Shown here in pieces: positions 27,337 through 35,941 of a stretch of DNA of 54,264 bases; positions within the stretch are counted from its first letter, which is position 1, and each line of letters starts with the position of its first letter. A model generated the notes under the pieces. It searched no databases. It had not been told where the DNA came from and was given only the letters and a program-made list of their open reading frames with translations. Origin of the DNA: a virus (taxonomy: Duplodnaviria > Caudoviricetes); the IMG/VR virus record IMGVR_UViG_3300025141_000126, positions 1-54,264 of that record; one strand, given 5' to 3'. The translations under genes and the position numbers were made by a program.

Positions 27337-27543
27337 TCAGTTCGACGCCTGCCTCACGCGGAACACTTCCCACGCAAACTGGTACAGATCGCACCAAGTA
27401 CCATCGGCCTCAACGGGAGGGATACGGTCGATGACCACCCCTGCGCTGAGTAGCCACGCCTGGACTTCACCGGCGTTAGACCGATGGAGGTCGATGTCCC
27501 ACATCACGGTTCGACCGCTCTTACCTATGCTCCACTTCATCAT
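27337..27543 (-). CDS. Small early hypothetical protein
   Basis: GGAGGATGAATAG-ATG start motif. Confidence 0.6.
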   Translation of the reverse strand: MMKWSIGKSGRTVMWDIDLHRSNAGEVQAWLLSAGVVIDRIPPVEADGTWCDLYQFAWEVFRVRQASN

Positions 27544-27568
27544 CTATTCATCCTCCAATAGCTACGAG

Positions 27569-27811
27569 TTAGCAGGTCCGACTAGACAGTGCAACCCCAT
27601 ACTCGCTGGGATCAGTGCAGTCAGGATAAGTCTCATCCCAGTGGTCGAGGTCGCCTGGGAGTAGGTAGTTAGCGAACACTTGGTCATGCGGGGCGACATC
27701 GCCCGCAGTCATCCACTCGCCAATAACGGTGCCGTCCTCGACCAGTAGGATGGTGTCGTGGGCATCGTTCGACCTGTGTTCTAGGTGTCGCATAGCAGTA
27801 GCATGTGTCAT
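27569..27811 (-). CDS. Small early hypothetical protein
   Basis: Same GGAGGATGAATAG-ATG start motif. Confidence 0.6.
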   Translation of the reverse strand: MTHATAMRHLEHRSNDAHDTILLVEDGTVIGEWMTAGDVAPHDQVFANYLLPGDLDHWDETYPDCTDPSEYGVALSSRTC

Positions 27812-27828
27812 CTATTCATCCTCCAATG

Positions 27829-28044
27829 TTAGCTAATTGTGTTATCGACAGAAAACGCATCGACCACCCATTGCGTCGGGTGAACAATCTTGGTCTCCAG
27901 GGCGTAACCGGGCAGCGGCTGACGATCACGACGGTACTGCCGTGCCTCGCTCATAGTGCGGAAGATCCGCTCATGGCACCAACCCTCGAAACCTTCGCCA
28001 CGTACTTTGACCGAGAACAGGTCGGTTCTGATTTTCGATTCCAT
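27829..28044 (-). CDS. Small early hypothetical protein
   Basis: GGAGGGTGAATAA-ATG start motif. Confidence 0.6.
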   Translation of the reverse strand: MESKIRTDLFSVKVRGEGFEGWCHERIFRTMSEARQYRRDRQPLPGYALETKIVHPTQWVVDAFSVDNTIS

Positions 28045-28380
28045 TTATTCACCCTCCAGGTTACGGGGAACAAGCGTAGAGTTAGCAACGTCAGCCTCAG
28101 ACGGCTCCCAGCTATCGAGGCGACCGAATCCAGTCGATCCCTTCGTTGCGTTGACCAAGGTGACGATCACCCTCGCCCTACGCTTACGCGGGAGTTTGAA
28201 CACGACGGCACCAGTAGCGACGGCGCGATAGCCATAGCTGTTAGCAACGTGCCCCCCGTGCAAGAACACATGCTCGCCGGGTCGAAGGTCAGCGGTTGCA
28301 GCGACGATCGTCCCAGCGCCTAGTGTACGCTCGCGACGACGCCCATTAACGGACTTCAGAACAGTGGTTAAACACATCAC
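28045..28380 (-). CDS. Early hypothetical protein
   Basis: GGAGGATGA start motif; GGHVANSYGY. Confidence 0.6.
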   Translation of the reverse strand: MMCLTTVLKSVNGRRRERTLGAGTIVAATADLRPGEHVFLHGGHVANSYGYRAVATGAVVFKLPRKRRARVIVTLVNATKGSTGFGRLDSWEPSEADVANSTLVPRNLEGE

Positions 28381-28562
28381 TCATCCTCCAGTGTTAGGGA
28401 AACTAAACACGCTAGCACCTCCCCCTTGTTAGCACACAGTTTCCGTAGGAGCAGAGAACAGTGCAGGGGAAGGTGCCGACGAGATTAGTAATCCATATTC
28501 GATCCTCCAAGGGGGTTAAGGGTTATCGTCCAAGTTAGCACTCCCCCACCGGGAATGCAAGC

Positions 28563-28760
28563 CTAGTCTGTGATGGGTCGATCAAGTATCGCTCTCATCG
28601 CTTCGTTAATAGCAAAGTCGCACAACGCCGCGTTGAACGGTACGCCCCTTGCGATTTCACGGTCCACGATCACGTCAGCCGCAGCAGACAACTCCTGCTG
28701 ATAGGTGACCCACTCCTCATCGCGTCTGTTTTGGTCGCGTTGTGATTTAGTAAGTTTCAT
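28563..28760 (-). CDS. Small early hypothetical protein
   Basis: MKLTKSQRDQ; GAGG RBS. Confidence 0.5.
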   Translation of the reverse strand: MKLTKSQRDQNRRDEEWVTYQQELSAAADVIVDREIARGVPFNAALCDFAINEAMRAILDRPITD

Positions 28761-28840
28761 CGCATTAGCCTCGCTCGCTAGTTTTAAGGGGGGAAGGAGA
28801 AACGCCCAGTTCCCACCTGGCTGGGGGGTAAAGGGGCACC

Positions 28841-29329
28841 TCATCCGCTCACGTCGTATCCGCAGCAGTAGAACGCATCGATCGCATCCTGAATCGTCCA
28901 GCCGCGGAAGTCGTCAAGCTGCGTGATCACGTCCCCCGGCACGAGGCCTGGGAGTTGCCGCGAGATCCGCGCGTTGTCGGTACTGAAGGTCAGATAGATT
29001 AGCTGGACGCAGAGAATGTACGCCCGAAGTTCCTGCAGGTAGGAGCTCGATCTTATCTCCTCATCAGACATCCGTTGCCGGTCCAGGGATGAAAGAGCAT
29101 CGCCGTAACCGATGGCGACATGCTCGACAGCGTCGGTCATAGTGGTCGCTACGGTGTTGAGGCGGTAAGGATAGACCAACGGCGCGTTGATTGTGTTGTA
29201 GAGCAACTGCAGTGGCGGCAGGCCGAACAGATCGCAGCCCGCGCACCTCTCAGATTCGCGTTCGTTGTCGATGGTGCCAGAAATGGCAGATAACAACATA
29301 TCATGCTGTGTGGCGTTGCGAATATACAT
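28841..29329 (-). CDS. Early hypothetical protein
   Basis: MYIRNATQ; GAGGAGG RBS. Confidence 0.55.
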   Translation of the reverse strand: MYIRNATQHDMLLSAISGTIDNERESERCAGCDLFGLPPLQLLYNTINAPLVYPYRLNTVATTMTDAVEHVAIGYGDALSSLDRQRMSDEEIRSSSYLQELRAYILCVQLIYLTFSTDNARISRQLPGLVPGDVITQLDDFRGWTIQDAIDAFYCCGYDVSG

Positions 29330-29592
29330 CAGGCGCCCTCCTCGTTGCGAGTCCACTCAGCGTACAACTCGTTGTGGGAGTCAGAGCAGATCCCACCAGC
29401 GGTATCGTCCACGTCATGCCGCCATAAGAGTGCAACAAGTTCGACCTCTAGCTGTCCGTTGTTACCCTCGATCGAGGCGTGAGGTTCGTACTCGCCTGAC
29501 TCCTCATGACCGTCGTGGGAGCGAAGCCGATACGCCCACCCTTCGTTGTCGCAATCCTGCGAGTCCCAATAGATACGTGCTTCAGTAATCAT
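29329..29592 (-). CDS. Early hypothetical protein
   Basis: MITEARIYWDSQD..NEGWAYR; GGAGG RBS. Confidence 0.6.
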   Translation of the reverse strand: MITEARIYWDSQDCDNEGWAYRLRSHDGHEESGEYEPHASIEGNNGQLEVELVALLWRHDVDDTAGGICSDSHNELYAEWTRNEEGA

Positions 29593-29664
29593 CTTGACAT
29601 CCTCCAAAAAATAGGGAAACGGTAAACGATGAGTGCAGGCGCTACCCTGCACCGACGTTGATCG

Positions 29665-30012
29665 TTAAATGTCCCAACCACCGTGTTGCGTGAGTACAAT
29701 CCAGCGGCGATTCGATCTCCACTTGTGGGTGGCCGTCGCGAAGCGGCGACCGGGGCCACCGTCGTACTGATAGCCGACGAATTGGTGCGGGATCAGATCC
29801 CACCAGCAGCGATTGATATGCGCGCATCCGTTCGCCTTATTCGCGATCACTTCAGCCAGAAGGTTCTCACGAGGGATGATGATGTAACGCCACCAGGATT
29901 CCCCGTTGCCGTACTCTTTACATACGGTGCGAGTGCCGTCGCGGTACGTCTTGACGGTGATCGAGGTGTCCTCCGTGAGCATGCGCGTGCTTTCAGTGAT
30001 TGGTTTCATCAT
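29665..30012 (-). CDS. Early hypothetical protein
   Basis: GGAG RBS; GGPGRRF...GGWDI. Confidence 0.6.
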   Translation of the reverse strand: MMKPITESTRMLTEDTSITVKTYRDGTRTVCKEYGNGESWWRYIIIPRENLLAEVIANKANGCAHINRCWWDLIPHQFVGYQYDGGPGRRFATATHKWRSNRRWIVLTQHGGWDI

Positions 30013-30083
30013 GATAGTTCTCCAGGGTAAGGGAAGGGGAAACGATTAGCGCCGCCCAGCGAACGACGCCCATCGGTTGCCCT

Positions 30084-30278
30084 CTAGTACTGCATGCCGC
30101 GTTCGATTTTCTCGCAGCAGGAGTTGCACCTGCAGTAATCAGGTCGCAGCATCACAGTTTGCCCACAATCGACGCACACTTTGGACACCGATTCCCGTTG
30201 GACCTGATGGTAGAAGTCCCGAACATCAGGGTCATCCATCTCATCCCATTCACCAAAATTGTCGTCATACATAATCAC
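30084..30278 (-). CDS. Small zinc-finger protein
   Basis: YDDNFGEW...CVDC...CNSC. Confidence 0.6.
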   Translation of the reverse strand: MIMYDDNFGEWDEMDDPDVRDFYHQVQRESVSKVCVDCGQTVMLRPDYCRCNSCCEKIERGMQY

Positions 30279-30380
30279 AATTCCCTCCGGTCAGACCACA
30301 TGATGCCGAGAATGAACCCGGCGAGTAAACTTACGACAGCAATCAAAACATAGCAGGTCGAGTGCAGGTTGTCCATAGCA

Positions 30381-30563
30381 TCAGCCTTTCGCGTGTTGTG
30401 GGGGGTGGTGGGTGACCAATTCGACGACATCGGCGGGGTCGTGTTGCCGGGAGATCTCCCAGCGTTCACGAGCTGCAGAAACTATGTCATTCGCCTCCGA
30501 TGCAATCACTAATTCGACGGTGATCGACCCACGGCGAAGGGTTAACAAGTGGTAATAACTCAT
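30381..30563 (-). CDS. Small early protein (paralog of 30560-30745)
   Basis: MSYYHLLTLR; ATGA coupling. Confidence 0.6.
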   Translation of the reverse strand: MSYYHLLTLRRGSITVELVIASEANDIVSAARERWEISRQHDPADVVELVTHHPPQHAKG

Positions 30564-30745
30564 GCGTCAGCCTCCGGCGTTTGATGGGTAGATAGTGCAA
30601 CAATTTGGTTAATGTGGTATTGCTTGGCGATCTTACACCGCTCCCCCCAGGCCTCGTCGATGGTCGTCGCGTTCGATGCGATGATTCGGTCGATTAGCCT
30701 GGGGGAGTCGTCAGAGCGGAGCGTGAGGCGGTGGAAGTAGGTCAT
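30560..30745 (-). CDS. Small early protein (paralog of 30381-30563)
   Basis: MTYFHRLTLR; ATGA coupling. Confidence 0.6.
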   Translation of the reverse strand: MTYFHRLTLRSDDSPRLIDRIIASNATTIDEAWGERCKIAKQYHINQIVALSTHQTPEADA

Positions 30746-30927
30746 TTTGCCACCCCCAACAAATGCGAGATCTTAGCACGGGTCTGTTCCAGGCAACTCA
30801 TTAATTCCCCCTCAGTCGAGAACCTCCCCGACTCTTTAGCCCAACGTAGCCGCCGCCTTAGTCGCTTCAATTCCAGCCGCCGCAGTCGTTGCCTTAATCG
30901 CTTAGTTTCATGCTCGATAGTTTTCAT
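30742..30927 (-). CDS. Small basic coiled-coil protein
   Basis: GAGGTG RBS. Confidence 0.55.
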   Translation of the reverse strand: MKTIEHETKRLRQRLRRLELKRLRRRLRWAKESGRFSTEGELMSCLEQTRAKISHLLGVAK

Positions 30928-30998
30928 CGGATCACCTCATAAAAATAGGGGAAGGGTAAACGGTTGGCGCAGTCGCTACACTGCGCGGGCCGGTTGCC

Positions 30999-31229
30999 CT
31001 ACTCGCCCACTACGGACTCGTGCCCGCAGTTGTCGCAGCGCACTCGACCCATGCGAACCATTGACCTCGACCAGTTCCCCATCTTGACCTCGACCAGTTC
31101 CCCAGGCGTCGAGGTGGTGCCCAGTACATACTGCGCACCCCCGCACCTCTCGCACGCGGTGGTTGTCTTAACCGCGGCCGCCAAGCCCCGGATTACCTTC
31201 AGTCGGTGCAGTGAATACTTTGTGTGCAT
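30999..31229 (-). CDS. Small zinc-ribbon protein
   Basis: CERC...CDNC; GGAGG RBS. Confidence 0.6.
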   Translation of the reverse strand: MHTKYSLHRLKVIRGLAAAVKTTTACERCGGAQYVLGTTSTPGELVEVKMGNWSRSMVRMGRVRCDNCGHESVVGE

Positions 31230-31253
31230 GTCATATCCTCCAATAGGTTAAAA

Positions 31254-31736
31254 TCAGCCAAGGAATAAAACGAGGCATTGATCAATGATCGCCTCGAGAT
31301 CGCAATCAGCATCGGCCGCCCTCTTGCAAGCTAAGCCGCAAGGGGAGTTGAGGGGCAGGTCGCGGAGCTCACCGACCCTAGGGTGGCATGATTCCAGATT
31401 CACCCCAGGATATAGCGAACCAATGTAATCAAAAGCGGTGCCCTCGATCGCCACCAGGTTGATCTCGACCTCGAGACCATCCCAACCCAAGGGGAGCCCA
31501 TCAACGAGCAGCTCCCCCCCGGACAGCTTAGCCACGATCGACTCACCGTGCCGTATTAAGTCCCCGTAAGCGTAGCTCCCCGGCAGGAGCGTTTTGAACC
31601 GAACACATCGCGGCCAGGGGCGACGATCACCGACAGCCTCAATTGTAGTCTGTATTTCGAGATCTCCAGCATGGGGAGCAGTGGGGCCGATTCTGCGGCC
31701 GTTTACGTCTTCCTCAATTGGTTTATTATTCTGCAT
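31254..31736 (-). CDS. Early hypothetical protein
   Basis: 160 aa ORF in the leftward operon. Confidence 0.55.
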   Translation of the reverse strand: MQNNKPIEEDVNGRRIGPTAPHAGDLEIQTTIEAVGDRRPWPRCVRFKTLLPGSYAYGDLIRHGESIVAKLSGGELLVDGLPLGWDGLEVEINLVAIEGTAFDYIGSLYPGVNLESCHPRVGELRDLPLNSPCGLACKRAADADCDLEAIIDQCLVLFLG

Positions 31737-31785
31737 TAGCCTTGCTCGCTCAATTTAAAGGTATATATCAACCCATTGCCTGCCC

Positions 31786-32022
31786 CTAACAGCGGCAGAA
31801 TCGCATATTTGGGCCGACGATCGCCAAATTACTCTCCAGTATTTTAGGTGGTATCTCGTCATCTCCCCATTTAACAGTGATCAACGCGTTACGATCACTG
31901 ATGGGCTCACGCGATACAACCACCCCCCTGGCATGCGCCAAATTGTCGTGTTCACTGAATATAGCCCGCAGAAAATCAACAGAGTGGGCCACTTGATCGC
32001 CCGGTTTAACGTGGAAACTCAT
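31786..32022 (-). CDS. Small SH3-like early protein
   Basis: VKPGDQV...RGVVV...VKWGD; GGAGATGACGAG-ATG start motif. Confidence 0.6.
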   Translation of the reverse strand: MSFHVKPGDQVAHSVDFLRAIFSEHDNLAHARGVVVSREPISDRNALITVKWGDDEIPPKILESNLAIVGPNMRFCRC

Positions 32023-32030
32023 CTCGTCAT

Positions 32031-32085
32031 CTCCCTTGTTTGTGGTGTCGGCTCCCTTGTTTGTGGTGTCGGCTCCCTTGTTTGT
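32031..32085. repeat. 21-bp tandem repeat, about 2.6 copies
   Basis: CTCCCTTGTTTGTGGTGTCGG twice plus a partial copy. Confidence 0.9.
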
Positions 32086-32187
32086 TCCACCTGGTGGGCC
32101 GATCGATCAGGTGGCTCTGCCGGCAGCTCTTCAACTGCTCGAGATCTCGATCAGCTCCAAACTGCTCGAGATCTCCAGCGGCCGCCG

Positions 32188-33174
32188 CTATTCTCCCCGG
32201 CCCCCGTTGCCATGTATGCCTATCCCGATGATGACATTTTGAAACAAGCTCGAGCCGCAAGCATGCTTACCCGACGCGCACGAGCCACATTGGCCAGTAC
32301 AGCTCCAGCCCCTTACCCCATACTGCTCGAGAATAGCGGCTCGCACGCGTTTGTGATAAAGGGGATTAGAATATCGTGTTTTACTGTTGATCCCTGTCAT
32401 ATCAATGGCCACGGCCGCAAACAGTCCGCGCACCAACAGTGAGCCGTCCGCGCGCGTTAAGGTCTCGAGCTGTTTGGACAATTCGAGCCCATACTTCGAG
32501 CCGCTGCTTACGTTGAGCATATAATTAGCAGGGAAGGGACGATCGTGCGCTAAAAACAATGGCCAGCTCTTACTGTACCCATAAACAAGCAAATCGGGGC
32601 GCAGCTCGCATAGCTCGAGCCAGAATTGTAAGGTCGCGAGGTCTCGAAAATCGCCGTCCACGTATAACCGGACGATCGCCCCACGCGGTAGCTCGAGCCA
32701 GTGATCGCGAATAAGATCTTTCCTATACTTCATCGCGATTGTGTTGAAGAGCTGACGTAAGTATGGGCCCGGATTACGCCAACTGGTGGTGGTGTAACAA
32801 TATTCAGCGCATGGCCCCTTACCAGGACAAGTAAAGAATGGGAGCTCCGACCAGCAGATAAATGGGAGCTTACTGTTTCCCTTCCTAATGAAGAGCGATC
32901 GATCTGTTTCACTGGCTCGCATCAATGCGTTAAGATCTCGAATTAACGCGCGAAAACCATGGTGCCAAGAGCCCGGGCCGCCGCAAGGGATCCCAGGGAG
33001 AATATTGTACCGAATATAACGGGCCAGCTCATCAGGGGCCATTGTCGCGGCCAACTGGCCTAAGTGCATACCCAACGATCTCGAGACCTTAACAGCGGCG
33101 GCCGCTTTCCTATTCTTATTCAGGGAAGGGAAGCGGCTCTTAAGATTGCGAACAAGCTGTTTTTTAGTTCTCAT
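32188..33174 (-). CDS. GP88-like (mycobacteriophage gene 88 family) Cys-rich, radical-SAM-like protein
   Basis: GNSKL...TCPGKGPCAEYCY...RLYVDGDF...YGYSKS; C-terminal CTGQCGSC....HAC...IGIH. Confidence 0.7.
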   Translation of the reverse strand: MRTKKQLVRNLKSRFPSLNKNRKAAAAVKVSRSLGMHLGQLAATMAPDELARYIRYNILPGIPCGGPGSWHHGFRALIRDLNALMRASETDRSLFIRKGNSKLPFICWSELPFFTCPGKGPCAEYCYTTTSWRNPGPYLRQLFNTIAMKYRKDLIRDHWLELPRGAIVRLYVDGDFRDLATLQFWLELCELRPDLLVYGYSKSWPLFLAHDRPFPANYMLNVSSGSKYGLELSKQLETLTRADGSLLVRGLFAAVAIDMTGINSKTRYSNPLYHKRVRAAILEQYGVRGWSCTGQCGSCASGKHACGSSLFQNVIIGIGIHGNGGRGE

Positions 33175-33388
33175 CTCGAGATCTCCCTTTACAGGGGCAA
33201 TTGGCCAGCGGACACGAGAGCCCAAGCCGATCACCAGTTGATCGCATAAAATCAATGTGATTCCAGTTGACGCATTTTGAACAATAACAATCGGGGCCAA
33301 ACAGTTGATAGTCGGCTCGATCGATCTCGTGCGATCGTTGACACCTAGGGCACACGGCCGTATGCGTTGATGGGCTATTAATTCTCAT
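33164..33388 (-). CDS. Small zinc-finger early protein
   Basis: CPRC...CSKC; repeat-associated start. Confidence 0.5.
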   Translation of the reverse strand: MRINSPSTHTAVCPRCQRSHEIDRADYQLFGPDCYCSKCVNWNHIDFMRSTGDRLGLSCPLANCPCKGRSRDEN

Positions 33389-33480
33389 CTCGTCATGGCT
33401 CCAAACAGGGAAGGGAAGTAAAGGTTAACAATCGGGAGATCTCGAGCAGCTCCAACTGCTCGAGATCGACCGGAATTAAT
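33386..33480 (-). repeat. Intergenic repeat unit 1: palindromic hairpin, pyrimidine tract and RBS
   Basis: GATCTCGAGCAG-CTCCAA-CTGCTCGAGATC perfect 12-bp stem; near-identical to 33699-33786. Confidence 0.85.
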
Positions 33481-33485
33481 CTTCA

Positions 33486-33701
33486 TCAGTGAATACCGAT
33501 CTCAACTGTTGGAGCTGGTTGTTTTGGTGGTGGCCCGTCCCATACGAGATCACCACCCACTTCAAAGCCTAAGAATCTTACCTCCTGATGGCGGCCGTAT
33601 AAATGGATAGCGATCGCTTCCTCGATCGTTGGCGCATCAATGCGGATGGGGGAATCACCATAATTGGCTGAATACGTCCAAAACAGAATAAAGGTCTTCA
33701 T
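33486..33701 (-). CDS. Small early hypothetical protein
   Basis: GGAGATGATGAG-ATG start; flanked by repeat units. Confidence 0.65.
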   Translation of the reverse strand: MKTFILFWTYSANYGDSPIRIDAPTIEEAIAIHLYGRHQEVRFLGFEVGGDLVWDGPPPKQPAPTVEIGIH

Positions 33702-33786
33702 CTCATCATCTCCAAAACAAGGAAGGGAAGGTAAACAATCGGGTGATCTCGAGCAGCGGCCGCCGCTCGAGATCGACCGGAATTAA
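33699..33786 (-). repeat. Intergenic repeat unit 2
   Basis: GATCTCGAGC-N10-GCTCGAGATC followed by GACCGGAATTAA, as in unit 1. Confidence 0.85.
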
Positions 33787-34004
33787 CCTTCAACGCAATC
33801 AACGCGAAACACTTGGCAATGGGTAACCGCTGTTGGCCGCTGTTGGTTGGCCATAACGGCTATCTTGGCTCGATCACAATCAACAGCCCAGACAAGGGAA
33901 GTAAAATCGCGTTGAGAGATCACCCCATTGTGGCTCTTAACGCATATGATTCCCTTTACTTGCCATTTCAACTGCTGACGACAATTGTAGTTTTTAGTTC
34001 TCAT
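33783..34004 (-). CDS. Small early hypothetical protein
   Basis: GGAGATGAAGAG-ATG start; MRTK. Confidence 0.6.
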   Translation of the reverse strand: MRTKNYNCRQQLKWQVKGIICVKSHNGVISQRDFTSLVWAVDCDRAKIAVMANQQRPTAVTHCQVFRVDCVEG

Positions 34005-34027
34005 CTCTTCATCTCCAGTAAAGGGAA

Positions 34028-34192
34028 TTAATTAGACGACGATCGCATCATGAGCTCGAGCCAACCAACAGCGGCTCGTGCCGAATCAAACTGTTTCCCT
34101 GTTTCACGTTGAGACGAAACAGCGCGGAAACCAGAGCCGAAAGGCTTGATGTAACCAGCATAACGGCCGTTAAAATTAATTAGTGTTCTCAT
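34028..34192 (-). CDS. Small early hypothetical protein (first gene of the leftward arm)
   Basis: GGAGATGATGAG-ATG start; MRTLINFNG. Confidence 0.6.
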   Translation of the reverse strand: MRTLINFNGRYAGYIKPFGSGFRAVSSQRETGKQFDSARAAVGWLELMMRSSSN

Positions 34193-34239
34193 CTCATCAT
34201 CTCCAAACAGGGAAGGGAAACAAACAAACAACACAAGTA

Positions 34240-34267
34240 ACAATAGCGGTGATCGGTTCGAGATCAA
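34240..34267 (-). promoter_or_regulatory. Candidate leftward early promoter
   Basis: Minus-strand TTGATC-16-TATTGT upstream of the first leftward gene. Confidence 0.35.
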
Positions 34268-34439
34268 TGGGGAGATGAGAATAAAATAGCGGAATTGTAC
34301 AGATACGCTAGTATGCTAGGCCGAAATAAATTTATTTTGTCATGAGATCAACCGATAAATGGGGTGATCCCGAGGTAGACAATGGGGAGATCTCGATAAA
34401 TTGAGCCACCTGGTTCCAGGTCAGCTCTAGGCCAAAAAT

Positions 34440-34635
34440 GAGATCTCCAGCGATCAACTGGAGGGAAGGGAGCAGCGATCAACTGGAGATGAGACGAGGA
34501 AGGGAGATCAACAGCGGCTCACTGCTGGAGATGATGAGACGAGGAAGGAAGGGAAGGGAGATCACTGCTCGAGATGAGACGAGGGAAGGGAGATCTCCCC
34601 ATTGATGAGATGAGACGAGGAAGGAAGGGAAGAAG
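34440..34635 (+). repeat. Purine-rich imperfect direct repeat array
   Basis: About four copies of GATGAGACGAGG(A)AGG(AAGG)GAGATC-like units plus two copies of CAGCGATCAACTGGAG. Confidence 0.8.
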
Positions 34636-35060
34636 TTGAGCAAGGTGCATTGATCGCGATCAATAGAATAGCGTTGAACCGGGTTGGTTGTAGGACGGCA
34701 TCGGTTTGAAGCTAGAATAGCAGAGGGAAACGACGAAACAACACGATCGGGGGGGGTCGTCCCCCTCCGGCACCCCGCACTATATCAACCTTCGCCCCAG
34801 AGTATTTTCGCTCCAACATTACTTTCCCTCCCTACCCCCCATCCTACCTACCCACTCCTCTCCCCACACACTCCTTTATGCTCATTATGCCTCTCTCCCG
34901 TCTCGTACGTCCCTCCCTACCCCGCTTCCTCCCACACTCCTCCATTCTGTCTGCCTACGTCCCTGCACTCCTTGACGCTCCATATGCCCCCATACGGCTC
35001 ATTAGACGGCATTTGTGTCGATTCACGCATATTCATCTAGCCTGTTTCCCTGAACCGGCG

Positions 35061-35088
35061 TTGACTCTGCTTCGATCGAGCGTATAAT
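35061..35088 (+). promoter_or_regulatory. Rightward sigma70-type promoter
   Basis: TTGACT-16-TATAAT. Confidence 0.65.
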
Positions 35089-35356
35089 GTGGCTGTCTTT
35101 GTTGGACACGTTGCTATGGGGCAGCATGGAGCAGAAACCGATCCATGTGTTGCGTGTTCCAGTATGCTGTCACCCTCCCTGCTGTGGTTAGCCGGTGGAT
35201 GTGGTGGAAGTCACTGCTGGTACGTGCCCGTTTCTTTACCCTCTGGAGTGAACCATGTACACCTACATCTCTCGTGACTGTACCCCCCTTCAGCGTAGGT
35301 GGTATCGCCTCTTGCGTTGGCTTGGGTTCTACCGTATTCGCCACATCAAGGGGGTA

Positions 35357-35674
35357 ATGCGTGGTCATCAGCATGACATTGGCGACCCTCGTGAGCCGTC
35401 AGTTAAGTATCTGATTGGCTTGGCTGTGACGCAGGAGGTCGAGGATGCTATCTACTACGGGCGTACTCGCTGGTCCTGGCGTCATCTCTCGTTTCAGCGG
35501 GAGGTGCTTATCGACCGTCACGTCATCTGGGACGTTGAGCGCAACATCCTTACCCCGATCCTCGACGATCAGGCTGGCGACTCTTGGCGTGGACTCATAG
35601 ACCGGCACTCACCAAGCCTCAATAACCGTGGGCCTGTGCCGATAGGGGTGGACAATGAGGTGTTCTGGTTATGA
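35357..35674 (+). CDS. Hypothetical protein, possibly MDDT-related
   Basis: AAGGGGG RBS; helical V/I/W pattern; start uncertain. Confidence 0.45.
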   Translation: MRGHQHDIGDPREPSVKYLIGLAVTQEVEDAIYYGRTRWSWRHLSFQREVLIDRHVIWDVERNILTPILDDQAGDSWRGLIDRHSPSLNNRGPVPIGVDNEVFWL

Positions 35675-35874
35675 TCACTAGCATTAAGACCCAGATCGAA
35701 GACGCTGTTACCGTTCCTCTTGAGGAGGATATCCGTGACCACTGCCGCCTCGTTGCTACAGTCGTTAGCGTCAGGGTGCTCAGACCAGTAAGGCGCGCCC
35801 ACTTTCCGCTCCATCGCGGCATCACATCCGGCAATCACCAACGCATCTACAACCTAGTTTCGTATCACAGCTGA
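35671..35874 (+). CDS. MDDT-related small protein
   Basis: ATGA overlap; MITSIKTQIEDAV. Confidence 0.55.
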   Translation: MITSIKTQIEDAVTVPLEEDIRDHCRLVATVVSVRVLRPVRRAHFPLHRGITSGNHQRIYNLVSYHS

Positions 35875-35881
35875 CACGAAC

Positions 35882-35910
35882 TTGCCTCTGCGGCCCTGTT
35901 CTGGTACAAT
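35882..35910 (+). promoter_or_regulatory. Sigma70-type promoter upstream of the que-containing operon
   Basis: TTGCCT-17-TACAAT with extended -10. Confidence 0.55.
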
Positions 35911-35941
35911 AACGTGCCTCTTTTTATTACTGGAGTGAACT

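Noticed and set aside
33386-33786. Integron attC cassette array
   Set aside because: No IntI-type tyrosine recombinase in the window, and the hairpins lack clear RYYYAAC/GTTRRRY cores; kept only as unexplained repeats
34440-34635. CRISPR mini-array
   Set aside because: Repeats are degenerate and low-complexity with irregular short spacers; no cas genes
34684-35087. ORFs across the pyrimidine tract
   Set aside because: Pro/Leu/Ser low-complexity translations upstream of the rightward promoter; likely non-coding
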